Below, one piece after another: positions 19,007 to 27,690 of a stretch of DNA of 64,000 nt. The stretch is from Alphaproteobacteria bacterium (GTDB lineage: Bacteria > Pseudomonadota > Alphaproteobacteria > Caulobacterales > Aquidulcibacteraceae). The first letter of the stretch is position 1, and each line of letters opens with the position of its first letter. The notes below the pieces were generated by a model. The model ran no database searches. It saw only the letters and a program-made list of their open reading frames with translations, and was not told where the DNA came from. The stretch is from the NCBI GenBank assembly GCA_034440275.1, contig JAWXBS010000136.1, positions 8,152 to 72,151 of the forward strand, in the 5' to 3' direction. A program made the translations under genes and the position numbers.

Positions 19007-20591
19007 GCGCCTCTGCGGCGCGGCGATGGTTGCGTTGCTGGCGGGAGCAGCCATTGCAGCGCCGCACGCGGCCTCATCGCAATCCATCGAACAGGGTTCG
19101 CTCGCGGAGCTCGATCCGTGGGCCGTCGGCGCGGTTTCGCGCGATCAGGCGTTGCCGCGCGATCTCTGGCGCCAGAGCGATCCGACCGCGCTCGGCCTTC
19201 TATTCGACCGCGTGACCACCAACATCGGTTCGCCCGCCGGCGCGCGCCTCGCGCGACAGGCGCTCCTCTCCCCGTCACAGGCGCCGCCCGGCGACACGAT
19301 CATCGCGGCGCGCAAACGCTACGAAGCGCTGGCGCGGCTCGGGCTTGCCGACGAAATCGTTTCAATGGTGTCCGGCTCCGGCGAAGCCAAGCGCGATCCT
19401 GGCATCGTGCTCTACGCGACGCAGGCCGACCTCGCGCGCGGACGACTGAACGACGCATGCCGTCGCGCCGAAGGCATCAACGCCGATACGCCGCCGCCCT
19501 TCGTGCTGCGCCTGCGCGCGCTTTGCGTTGCAGCTGCAGGCGAAAAGGAGGCCGCCGACCTTGCGCTGGAAGTGGCGCGCGCGGCCGGCGCCAACGACGT
19601 GTGGTTCAATTCGGTGATCGCCACGATCAACGGCGTTCCGCCCGCGCGTGCGGCGGTTGCGCGCTACGACACCTCGCTGAACGCCGCCGCATCGCTTGCG
19701 GCGAAACTGCGCGCGCCGCCGCAGAACGGCCTTCTGAACGCATCGGCCTTTGCGCTGTCCATGGTCGCGCGCGACGAGAACGCCACGCCTGCGCTCCGGG
19801 TGCAAGCCGCCGCAAAAGCCCTGCGCCAGAACACGATCACGCCCACCATCGCCCGCGCCGCCGTGCGCGGTCAGGGCGCCGTGCGCGGCGCGGCGGTGAT
19901 CGCATCAGCCGTCGACGAAGTCGAAGCGGCGGCCAATCCCTACGCGCAGGCGCTCGCCATCGAGAGCGGGCTGAAGCGCGCCAAACCGCACGGCGAGTTC
20001 GCCGCCATGGCGCGTCTCTTCGCGCCGGAAATCGCCAACATGCGCGCCGAGGTCGGGACCGCGCCCGCCGCCGCGACGTTCACGCGCGCGGCCCTCGCCA
20101 CCGGTGACTATCGCACCGCGCAGACCTGGCGCGCGGCGGCCGATCTCGCCCCGGCCAACGTTCCGCTGCTCACCATTCTCGATCTCGCGCTCGCCGCCGG
20201 CACCAACGACACGACGAATGTCGCAGCGTTTGCGGACCGGCGCATCGAACTGGCGGGCCCCGCCGGCGCACGCCTGGCCAGCCGCGATCTGCGCGCGCTC
20301 GTCGCGCTCGGCATGCCGATCGGCGCGAATGCTGAAGCGTTCCTGGCGCGCACGCCTGCCGCCGTTGGACGCAAGCCCGATCCGGGTCTGATGGCGCAGC
20401 TTTCTGCGGCCTCCGCACGACGCGCCGCCGGCGAAGTCGCCATTCACGCCGCGCTGGCGCTCGGGGACGGCGCGGAGTCTCTCGACGCTACGGAACTCGT
20501 CATCGTCATCACCGCGATGCGGGATGCGGGCATAGGCGAAGCGGCGCGCGCGGTCGCGGTGGAAGCGATCATCGGCGGACAGGCGCGCTGA
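18990..20591 (+). CDS. Ala-rich secreted hypothetical protein
   Basis: 533-aa ORF with a signal peptide (MVALLAGAAIAAPHAASSQ). The body is helical-repeat-like and Ala/Leu/Arg-rich, and I recognise no family. Confidence 0.55.
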   Translation: MRSRARRLCGAAMVALLAGAAIAAPHAASSQSIEQGSLAELDPWAVGAVSRDQALPRDLWRQSDPTALGLLFDRVTTNIGSPAGARLARQALLSPSQAPPGDTIIAARKRYEALARLGLADEIVSMVSGSGEAKRDPGIVLYATQADLARGRLNDACRRAEGINADTPPPFVLRLRALCVAAAGEKEAADLALEVARAAGANDVWFNSVIATINGVPPARAAVARYDTSLNAAASLAAKLRAPPQNGLLNASAFALSMVARDENATPALRVQAAAKALRQNTITPTIARAAVRGQGAVRGAAVIASAVDEVEAAANPYAQALAIESGLKRAKPHGEFAAMARLFAPEIANMRAEVGTAPAAATFTRAALATGDYRTAQTWRAAADLAPANVPLLTILDLALAAGTNDTTNVAAFADRRIELAGPAGARLASRDLRALVALGMPIGANAEAFLARTPAAVGRKPDPGLMAQLSAASARRAAGEVAIHAALALGDGAESLDATELVIVITAMRDAGIGEAARAVAVEAIIGGQAR

Positions 20592-20595
20592 TCGC

Positions 20596-21540
20596 ATGGC
20601 CAAAGGCGCGATGACCGTCGGCGACGCGGGCCTCATCGACGCCTTTCTCGAAATGCTGTCCGCCGAACGCGGCGCGCGGAAGAACACGTTGCTCGCCTAT
20701 CGGCGCGATCTGGAGGACGCGGCCGCCGAAATACCCCGTGCGCTGCGCGACGCCGATGCGCGGGACCTCGAAAAGTACACCGCCGGTCTCTCGCGACGCG
20801 GGCTCTCCGCCGCCACGGCCGCACGGCGCATCTCGGCGCTCCGGCAGTTCTATCACTTCCTCCTGCTCGACCGGCATCGCGCGGACGATCCGACCACGCG
20901 CCTCGAAGCGCCGCGCCGCGGGCGCTCGCTGCCGAAGACGCTGTCGCTCGACGAAATCGAGCGCCTCATCGCCGCCACGACCGTGGAAAATCCCGCCGTC
21001 ACCCTGCGCGACCGCGCCATCGTGGAAATGCTCTACGCATCGGGATTGCGCGTCAGCGAACTCGTCGGACTTCCCTTGAAGTCCGCGCCTAAGCCGGGCG
21101 TGAATTTCATGATGGTGATGGGCAAGGGCGGCAAGGAACGCCTCGCGCCGCTACATGATCGTGCGGTCGCGGCTTTGCGTGAGTATCTCGCCGCTCGGGA
21201 AGGCCTGCTGCCGAAGGCGCCGGGCGCGCGCGAGCGGGCTCAGAAGTGGATGTTTCCTTCCCGCTCCGCCGCCGATGGAAAATTGACCCGCCACCGCATC
21301 GTGCAATTGCTGAAGGATTGCGCGCAGCGCGCCAATATAGATCCTGCGCGCGTGACGCCGCACGTGCTGCGTCACGCGTTTGCGACGCATCTTGTGGAAG
21401 GCGGCGCGGATCTGCGCACGGTGCAGACGCTGCTTGGCCATGCCGATATCGCCACGACACAAATCTACACGCACGTGGCCGAGGGTCGCCTGCGCGAACT
21501 CGTCGAGACCAAGCACCCGCTCGCGAAGAAGAAGCCCTAG
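20596..21540 (+). CDS. xerD: Site-specific tyrosine recombinase XerD
   Basis: 314 aa containing LLAYRRDLED, the catalytic region HVLRHAFATHL and LLGHADIATTQIYTHV. Confidence 0.92.
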   Translation: MAKGAMTVGDAGLIDAFLEMLSAERGARKNTLLAYRRDLEDAAAEIPRALRDADARDLEKYTAGLSRRGLSAATAARRISALRQFYHFLLLDRHRADDPTTRLEAPRRGRSLPKTLSLDEIERLIAATTVENPAVTLRDRAIVEMLYASGLRVSELVGLPLKSAPKPGVNFMMVMGKGGKERLAPLHDRAVAALREYLAAREGLLPKAPGARERAQKWMFPSRSAADGKLTRHRIVQLLKDCAQRANIDPARVTPHVLRHAFATHLVEGGADLRTVQTLLGHADIATTQIYTHVAEGRLRELVETKHPLAKKKP

Positions 21541-21953
21541 GCGTTGTTGTAGTGGACGTCGCGCCGCGTGGCGTAGATCATCACCATCGCGCCGGCCGTG
21601 AAGTCGATCAGCGTCATGATCATGATGGCGGCGAAATCCGTTGTGCCGAAGCCGCCGACGAGCAGGAAGAGGATCAGCTGCAGCGTGAAGAGCAGCAGCG
21701 CGAGCGCGTTTTCCACAAGCGAACTCGTCGCCGCGCGCGCGGACTTGACGATCTCGATCATCAGCAGCACGGCCGCCCCCGACGTAAGGATATGGCCCCA
21801 TTGCACGGACCAGACATCGCCGCTCGGCAGCGCCATGCTGAAGATCACGGCGTCGAGCGTCGAGCGCACGTCCTGCACGTTCATCGGGATCGCCATCAGC
21901 GCGTAGATCAGCGTCGGCAGCGCGAGAAGCGGTATGGAGCGAAATAGGATCAT
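21537..21953 (-). CDS. Small polytopic membrane protein, paralogue A
   Basis: 138 aa counted from MILFRSIPLLALPTLIY. It shares W..WGH, IEI.KS, FGTT.F and L.DF..G..VM motifs with 22025..22438. Confidence 0.6.
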   Translation of the reverse strand: MILFRSIPLLALPTLIYALMAIPMNVQDVRSTLDAVIFSMALPSGDVWSVQWGHILTSGAAVLLMIEIVKSARAATSSLVENALALLLFTLQLILFLLVGGFGTTDFAAIMIMTLIDFTAGAMVMIYATRRDVHYNNA

Positions 21954-22024
21954 GAGGCCTCGGGCGAACTGTCGCCCCGACAAACGCCTCAACCGCCGGG
22001 CGGTTTCATTCCCGGGGATTCCCC

Positions 22025-22438
22025 TCAGTGCTGGCCGTACTGCACCGTGCGCTGCGACACCCGCGTCATGATCACCGAGCCGGTCAGGAAATCGAGCAGG
22101 CTCATCAGCATGATGATGAAGAACTCGGTAGTGCCGAAGGGCTTCACCAGCAGGAACAGGATGAAACTGACGATGAAGACCGCGACCGCGAGGCCGTTGT
22201 CGACCATCTGCGCGCCAGAAGGCGTCGTGGACTTCAGGATCTCGATGAAGAGCGTGACCACCGCCACGAGCAGGATGAGATGCCCCCAGCTGAAGCTCCA
22301 CACCGCGCCCGACGCCAGCGGCATCGTGAACGCCACTGCCGCCATGGCCTGCGCCACGTTCTCGCCCGCCGGCACCGCGATCAGCGCGTAGAGCACGCTG
22401 GGAATCAGGAGCAGCGGAAAGATCTGCAGGCCGGGCAT
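22025..22438 (-). CDS. Small polytopic membrane protein, paralogue B
   Basis: 137 aa, MPGLQIFPLLLIPSVLY.... It is collinear with paralogue A. Confidence 0.6.
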   Translation of the reverse strand: MPGLQIFPLLLIPSVLYALIAVPAGENVAQAMAAVAFTMPLASGAVWSFSWGHLILLVAVVTLFIEILKSTTPSGAQMVDNGLAVAVFIVSFILFLLVKPFGTTEFFIIMLMSLLDFLTGSVIMTRVSQRTVQYGQH

Positions 22439-22502
22439 GGTGGTCCCTCGTGCTTGAACGTCTGCGCGATACTAGACACGCCTGCCGCAGCCCCGCAAAT
22501 CC

Positions 22503-23723
22503 TCACTCCCGCGCGGCGACGGCTCCCGCGCGCCGCAACGCCCGCAGCACATTGCCGCCGGCAAGCTTTGCCAGATCGGCGTCGCTCCAGCCGCGGCGCA
22601 TGAGTTCCACGAACAGCGCCGGATAGGTCTCCACGCCCTCCAGGCCCGTCGGCAGGTACGGCACGCCGTCGAAATCCGAACCGATGCCCACGTGATCGAC
22701 ACCCGCGACCTTTCGGATGTGCTCGATGTGATCGGCGACGAGCGCGATGTCCGTCGCCGGTCGCGCATTGGCCGCAGCCCACGCCACAAGCCCCGCCTTC
22801 ACCGCATCGGGATTGCCCGGATTGCGGGCCTTCAGCCGCGCTTCCTCGGCCGCGCGGCGCGAGGACCAGTCCCAGACCGCGTCGGAGAGAAACGCCGGAT
22901 AGAAGTTCACCATCACCACGCCGCCGTTCGCCGGCAGCAGGCGCAGGACGTCATCGGGCACATTGCGGGGATGCGATGCAACGCCGAAGGCCGAAGAGTG
23001 CGAGAAGATCACAGGAGCCTTCGTCACGCGCAAGGCATCGTGCATGGTTTCCGCCGAGACGTGGCTCAGATCGACGAGCATGCCGACCTTGTTCATCTCG
23101 CGGATGACGTCCTCGCCGAAGGGCGAGAGCCCGCCGTGCTTCGGCGCATCGGTGGCGCTGTCGGCCCAGTCCGTCGTCAACGAATGCGTGAGCGTCATGT
23201 AGAGCACGCCCGCGCGACGAAACTCCCGCAAGAGCGCGAGATTGCCGTTGATCGCCTCCCCGCCCTCGATACCGAACATAGACGCGATCCTGCCGCGACG
23301 ATGGATGCGGATGATGTCGTCGGCGCTGTTGGCGATCTCGAACGTCTCCGGATGCGCGGCGACGATGCGGCGCGTGAGATCGATCTGCTCGAAAACCTTT
23401 TCCGTCGCCTCGCGCCCCTTCAGCGACGCGGGCACATAGACCGACCAGAACTGCGCACCGAGGCGACCCGCGCGCAGGCGCGCGATGTCGGTGTGCAGCG
23501 GCGGCGTGAGCGTGCGTGTGTCTGCAGCGAGATCGACCTTCGAAAGATCGCCGCCAAAGGAATCCGCGATTTCCCACGGCAGATCATTGTGCCCGTCGAT
23601 GAGCGGCGTGCGCTTGAGGATGCGATCGACGCGCTGGAGTTCGGCGCGGGTCGGCGGCGCGGGCTGCGCGAAGGCGGGTGTGACGAGGGCGAGCATCGCG
23701 GCGATGACAATGACGTTGCGCAT
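22503..23723 (-). CDS. Exported membrane dipeptidase (peptidase family M19)
   Basis: 406 aa counted from MRNVIVIAAMLALVTPAFAQ, containing IDGHNDLPW, DLSHVS and IGSDFDG. The ATG lies 1 nt after the malyl-CoA lyase stop. Confidence 0.88.
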   Translation of the reverse strand: MRNVIVIAAMLALVTPAFAQPAPPTRAELQRVDRILKRTPLIDGHNDLPWEIADSFGGDLSKVDLAADTRTLTPPLHTDIARLRAGRLGAQFWSVYVPASLKGREATEKVFEQIDLTRRIVAAHPETFEIANSADDIIRIHRRGRIASMFGIEGGEAINGNLALLREFRRAGVLYMTLTHSLTTDWADSATDAPKHGGLSPFGEDVIREMNKVGMLVDLSHVSAETMHDALRVTKAPVIFSHSSAFGVASHPRNVPDDVLRLLPANGGVVMVNFYPAFLSDAVWDWSSRRAAEEARLKARNPGNPDAVKAGLVAWAAANARPATDIALVADHIEHIRKVAGVDHVGIGSDFDGVPYLPTGLEGVETYPALFVELMRRGWSDADLAKLAGGNVLRALRRAGAVAARE

Positions 23724-23724
23724 G

Positions 23725-24774
23725 TCAGAAGCCATAAACCGTCGCCATGTCCTTGTCCTTCGCCGCCACCTGGCGCGCGAGATCGACGATGACCTTGGCC
23801 TGCTTCCAGGTCGCGTCGTCCTGCATCTTGCCGTCGACCATCGCGACACCCGATCCGTCGGGCATGGCGGCAAGTATCTTCTTCGCGAACAGCACTTCGT
23901 CCACGTCTGGGCTGAATACTCTCTTGGCAATGGCGATCTGTGAGGGATGCAGTGTCCAGGCGCCGGCGCAGCCCATGAGATATGCGTTGCGGAACTGCTG
24001 CTCGCAGGCTTCGGGATCATCGAACGCACCGAACGGGCCGTAGAAGGGCTTGATGCCGTGCGTCACACACGCGTCCACCATGCGCGCGAACGTATAGTGC
24101 CAGAGGTCCTGCTGTGCGGATGCGCGGGCGCCGCCATCCTCGCGGGGGTCCTCGATGACGCGGTAGCCCGGATGACCGCCGCCGACGCGGGTTGTCTTCA
24201 TGGCTCGCGACGCAGCGAGATCGGCTGGACCAAGGGAGATGCCCTGCATGCGCGGACTAGCGCCGCAAATCGATTCCACGTTGACCACGCCTTGCGCGGT
24301 TTCCAGCAGCGCATGCAACAGGATCGGCCGCTTGACCTTGTGCCTCGCTTCCAGCGTTGCGAGAAGCTGGTCCATGTAGAAGATGTCCCAGGCGCCCTCC
24401 ACTTTCGGAATGATCATGACGTCGATCTTGTCGCCCGCCTCGGCGACGATCTCGCTCACCTCTTCCAGATGCCAGGGTGAGTTGAGACAATTGATCCGCG
24501 TCCAGTAGCCAACGCCCGCGCCGGCGAAGTCCACCGTCCGCGCCATCTCGATGAGACCGTGGCGCGCGTTGACTTTCTCATCGGCCGGAATCGCGTCCTC
24601 AAGATTGGCAAGCAACACGTCGCACTCGGCGAGCATGTCCTTGGCTTTTGCGCGCATCTTGGGGTTGTGTGCCGGGATGAAGTGAATCATCCGCTCGAGC
24701 TTCACCGGCAGGTCGCGGAACGGCTGCGGCGCACCGGCGGCGAGCGGGGCGAAGAACTGGCGCGGCGGCTTCAT
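23725..24774 (-). CDS. mcl: L-malyl-CoA/beta-methylmalyl-CoA lyase (HpcH/HpaI aldolase / citrate-lyase beta family)
   Basis: 349 aa. It resembles the ~348-aa Mcl type along its whole length ([77 protein letters not shown]). Confidence 0.85.
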   Translation of the reverse strand: MKPPRQFFAPLAAGAPQPFRDLPVKLERMIHFIPAHNPKMRAKAKDMLAECDVLLANLEDAIPADEKVNARHGLIEMARTVDFAGAGVGYWTRINCLNSPWHLEEVSEIVAEAGDKIDVMIIPKVEGAWDIFYMDQLLATLEARHKVKRPILLHALLETAQGVVNVESICGASPRMQGISLGPADLAASRAMKTTRVGGGHPGYRVIEDPREDGGARASAQQDLWHYTFARMVDACVTHGIKPFYGPFGAFDDPEACEQQFRNAYLMGCAGAWTLHPSQIAIAKRVFSPDVDEVLFAKKILAAMPDGSGVAMVDGKMQDDATWKQAKVIVDLARQVAAKDKDMATVYGF

Positions 24775-24905
24775 GGGCGAACTCCTGTTGCGCCCGGTTT
24801 CGCCGCGATGCTGTGGTGCGTCAACGGCAATCCCGCGACGCGGAGGCCGCTTCTCTCACCGGGGGAGACCGTCTAGGACAGGGCCGATCTCAGGAGCGCC
24901 CGTCC

Positions 24906-26042
24906 ATGCCCGTCATGACCTTCCTCACCACCTGCCATTTCGATTTCGGGGCGCTGAAGCAGCTCGGGCCGGCGCTGAAGGCGCAGAAGGTCACGCGGCC
25001 GTTCATCGTCACCGATGCGGGGATCAAGGCGGCGGGGCTTCTTGATCGCGCGGTCGAGGCGCTGGGCATGGAGCCCGCCGGCATCTACGCGGACACGCCC
25101 TCCAACCCCACCGAAACCGCCGCTCGCGATGCGGCGGCGCAGTACAAGGCCGCCGGCGCGGACGGAATCGTGGCGCTCGGCGGCGGCTCGTCCATGGACA
25201 TGGGCAAGGCCGTCGGCCTGATGGTCACGCACGAGGGCCCTTGGGAAAAGTACGGCGGCACGCAGCGCGGCACGAAGCTCATCGGCGCGATCCCGCCGGT
25301 GATCGCCATTCCGACGACGGCGGGCACGGGCTCGGAAGTCTCGGTCGGCTTCGTGCTCATTCTCGACAACGGACGCAAGGAAACCTTCGTCAGCCCGAAG
25401 CTCATTCCGAGCGTCGCGATCTGCGATCCCGAACTCACGCTCGGTCTTCCGCCCGCGCTCACCGCCGCCACCGGCATGGATGCGATGACGCACTGCATCG
25501 AGGCGATCCTCTCGCCGGTGAACAATCCGCCCGCCGAAGCCATCGGCTATGACGGCGTGTGGCGCGGCATCGGTCAGGACATGCTCGAACGCGCGGTCGA
25601 AGACGGCTCAGACCGCGACGCGCGCTGGAACGTGATGATGTCGAGCTATGAAGGCGCTCTGGCGTTCGTGAAGGGCCTCGGCGCGGTGCACGGGCTCTCG
25701 CACGCGCTCGGCCGCATCAAGGATCTGCGCCTGCACCACGGCACGCTCAACGCCGTGATCCTCCCCCACTCGCTGCGCCAGATCCAGGAAGCGGGTGCGA
25801 TGAAGGAGAAGTTCGTGCGTCTGCGTCAGGTGATGGGCCTCGGCCCCAATGGCGACGTCGCCGACGCCATCGCCGACCTCAACCGCAAGATCGGCATCCC
25901 CGGCTCGCTCTCCGCCATCGGCGTGAAGGACGAACACCTCGCGCCGAGCCTCGACTACGCGGTGAGCGATCTCGCAACGGCGAGCAATGCGATCAAGGTG
26001 GGCCCGGCGGAGTATGAGAAGCTGTTTGCGATGAGTCTGTAG
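24906..26042 (+). CDS. Iron-containing (group III) alcohol dehydrogenase
   Basis: 378 aa counted from MPVMTFLTTCHFDFGA, containing GGGSSMDMGKAVG, PTTAGTGSE and metal-site His residues (MTHCIEA, HGLSHALG). Confidence 0.85.
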   Translation: MPVMTFLTTCHFDFGALKQLGPALKAQKVTRPFIVTDAGIKAAGLLDRAVEALGMEPAGIYADTPSNPTETAARDAAAQYKAAGADGIVALGGGSSMDMGKAVGLMVTHEGPWEKYGGTQRGTKLIGAIPPVIAIPTTAGTGSEVSVGFVLILDNGRKETFVSPKLIPSVAICDPELTLGLPPALTAATGMDAMTHCIEAILSPVNNPPAEAIGYDGVWRGIGQDMLERAVEDGSDRDARWNVMMSSYEGALAFVKGLGAVHGLSHALGRIKDLRLHHGTLNAVILPHSLRQIQEAGAMKEKFVRLRQVMGLGPNGDVADAIADLNRKIGIPGSLSAIGVKDEHLAPSLDYAVSDLATASNAIKVGPAEYEKLFAMSL

Positions 26043-26069
26043 CGCCCTCGAACCCGCCGACACTTTCGT

Positions 26070-27011
26070 TCAGTTCACCCGTGCCAGGAAATCCACGATC
26101 GGCAGCCATGCGCTGGGCTCTTCCAGCGTCGGCGCGTGGCCGACATTGGGGACTTCAGCGACTTCCAGATCGTCCTTGATCGCCAACATCTCGCGCACGC
26201 CGTCGCGGGAGAGAATGTCGCTCAACGCGCCGCGCACGACGAGCGTAGGGATCGGCTCCAGCGCCTTGAACACGGGACGCATGTCCGGTGTCGGGGCACC
26301 CGGCGCGACGGGTTGTGAGATCGCGGGATCGTAGTCGAGTTCGAGACGGCCGTCGGCGCGCTTGCGGAAGGTACGCTTCGCAAAGGTCATCCAGAAATCC
26401 GCATCGGCGCCCGGAAACGCCTGGCCTTGCAGGTTGGCGACGGCGGCGGCGGCGTCTTCCCAGGTCGTGCGCGGTTCGCTCTTGCCGACATAGGCGAGGA
26501 TGCGCGCGATGCCGCGCGGATCGATCACGGGCCCGATGTCGTTGAGGATCGCGGCCTCCACGCGGTCAGGCGTCGTCGCCGCCGCGATCATCGTGATGAG
26601 CCCGCCCATCGAAGTGCCGAGCCACACGGCGCGGTCAACGCCGAGCTGATCAAGCACCTTCACCGCATCCTGCGCGTAGGTCAGCGGCGTGTAGCGCGCG
26701 GGCGTCGCGTCCCAGTCGGAACGGCCGCGACCGCGCACGTCCATGGCGATCACGCGACGGCCAAGCTCGGCGATGCGCGGCGCAACCACTTCGAAATCCG
26801 ATGAGTTGCGCGTCAATCCGTGCAGGCACAGCACCGGCAATCCGAGATCCGGCTGCAGCGGCGCGTAATCGCGCACGAACAGGCCCAAACCATCCGCCGA
26901 TCGCACCGTATGCTCGCGCGCCATGCCGTATCCTTCGTCCGAAAGCGCGCCTTCGTGCATCGCATCGCGCGTCGCGTAAAGCGGGCTCGCCTCCGAATGG
27001 TCCTGGGACAT
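26070..27011 (-). CDS. Alpha/beta-fold hydrolase
   Basis: 313 aa counted from MSQDHSEASPLY, with the oxyanion region LCLHGLTRNSSDF, the nucleophile elbow GTSMGG and a C-terminal VGHAP. Confidence 0.8.
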   Translation of the reverse strand: MSQDHSEASPLYATRDAMHEGALSDEGYGMAREHTVRSADGLGLFVRDYAPLQPDLGLPVLCLHGLTRNSSDFEVVAPRIAELGRRVIAMDVRGRGRSDWDATPARYTPLTYAQDAVKVLDQLGVDRAVWLGTSMGGLITMIAAATTPDRVEAAILNDIGPVIDPRGIARILAYVGKSEPRTTWEDAAAAVANLQGQAFPGADADFWMTFAKRTFRKRADGRLELDYDPAISQPVAPGAPTPDMRPVFKALEPIPTLVVRGALSDILSRDGVREMLAIKDDLEVAEVPNVGHAPTLEEPSAWLPIVDFLARVN

Positions 27012-27018
27012 GAAGCGC

Positions 27019-27603
27019 TTACCGCGCGTCGACGTCGGCGATGACGTTGGCGTCGGCGTATTGCACGCCGCGCATCGCACGGATCTTGCGGATCCATCGG
27101 TCCGAGGTGCGCTGTACCTGCGCGCGTGAAACCCGCCTGCAGTGTGCGAACACGATCTCCGATCCGCCGAGCGTGAAGCGCGAGAAGCAGAGGCCCGCGA
27201 ATTCGCTGCGCTGACGCAGCGTCGTGCGCACGAACGCCTCCGCTTCCGCCTGCCGGCCCTGCTGCCAGAGCTGATGCGCACGGTGCATGGGATGGCGATC
27301 GTCGAAGCGCACGAGGAATTCGAGATTGGGATTCTGCGGAACCTCACTCGCCTTCGGGGGCGCAGGCTTCACCACGGCCATGGGCGGCGGGCCTTCTGCA
27401 GAGGCTGCCTCCACGGAGGGGATCGATGCGGTTGCGCTGACGGAGGGCGTAGTGGTCACCGTGCTCGTGGCGACCGGCGGATCGGCCGCTGGCTCCGTCG
27501 GGGCCGGCGCGTTGTCGTCCCCGGCGAAGGCGAGCGCCAACGCGACGAGAAGCGCGGTGCCCCCCCCGGCAATTCCCAGTGTCCGCACCTGATTGTCATC
27601 CAT
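27019..27603 (-). CDS. Hypothetical membrane-anchored protein (N-terminal TM helix, Pro/Ala/Thr linker, ~95-aa C-terminal globular domain)
   Basis: 194-aa ORF, co-directional with the S8 protease and 87 nt downstream of it, and 7 nt upstream of the hydrolase gene. Confidence 0.5.
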   Translation of the reverse strand: MDDNQVRTLGIAGGGTALLVALALAFAGDDNAPAPTEPAADPPVATSTVTTTPSVSATASIPSVEAASAEGPPPMAVVKPAPPKASEVPQNPNLEFLVRFDDRHPMHRAHQLWQQGRQAEAEAFVRTTLRQRSEFAGLCFSRFTLGGSEIVFAHCRRVSRAQVQRTSDRWIRKIRAMRGVQYADANVIADVDAR

Positions 27604-27690
27604 GACGGCGCGCTCCTGATCGCCCGCGACCGAAGGTGCGAGCGTGACCGTTCATCGTCCGCACGTCCAGTGCGCCCGCGCGCAACGCGA

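Noticed and set aside
20596-21540. Tyrosine recombinase as a marker of an integrated mobile element
   Set aside because: The sequence has the XerD hallmarks (AYRRDL, HVLRHAFATHL, LLGHADIATTQIYTHV) and a housekeeping context. There is no attachment site, tRNA or phage/ICE genes nearby.
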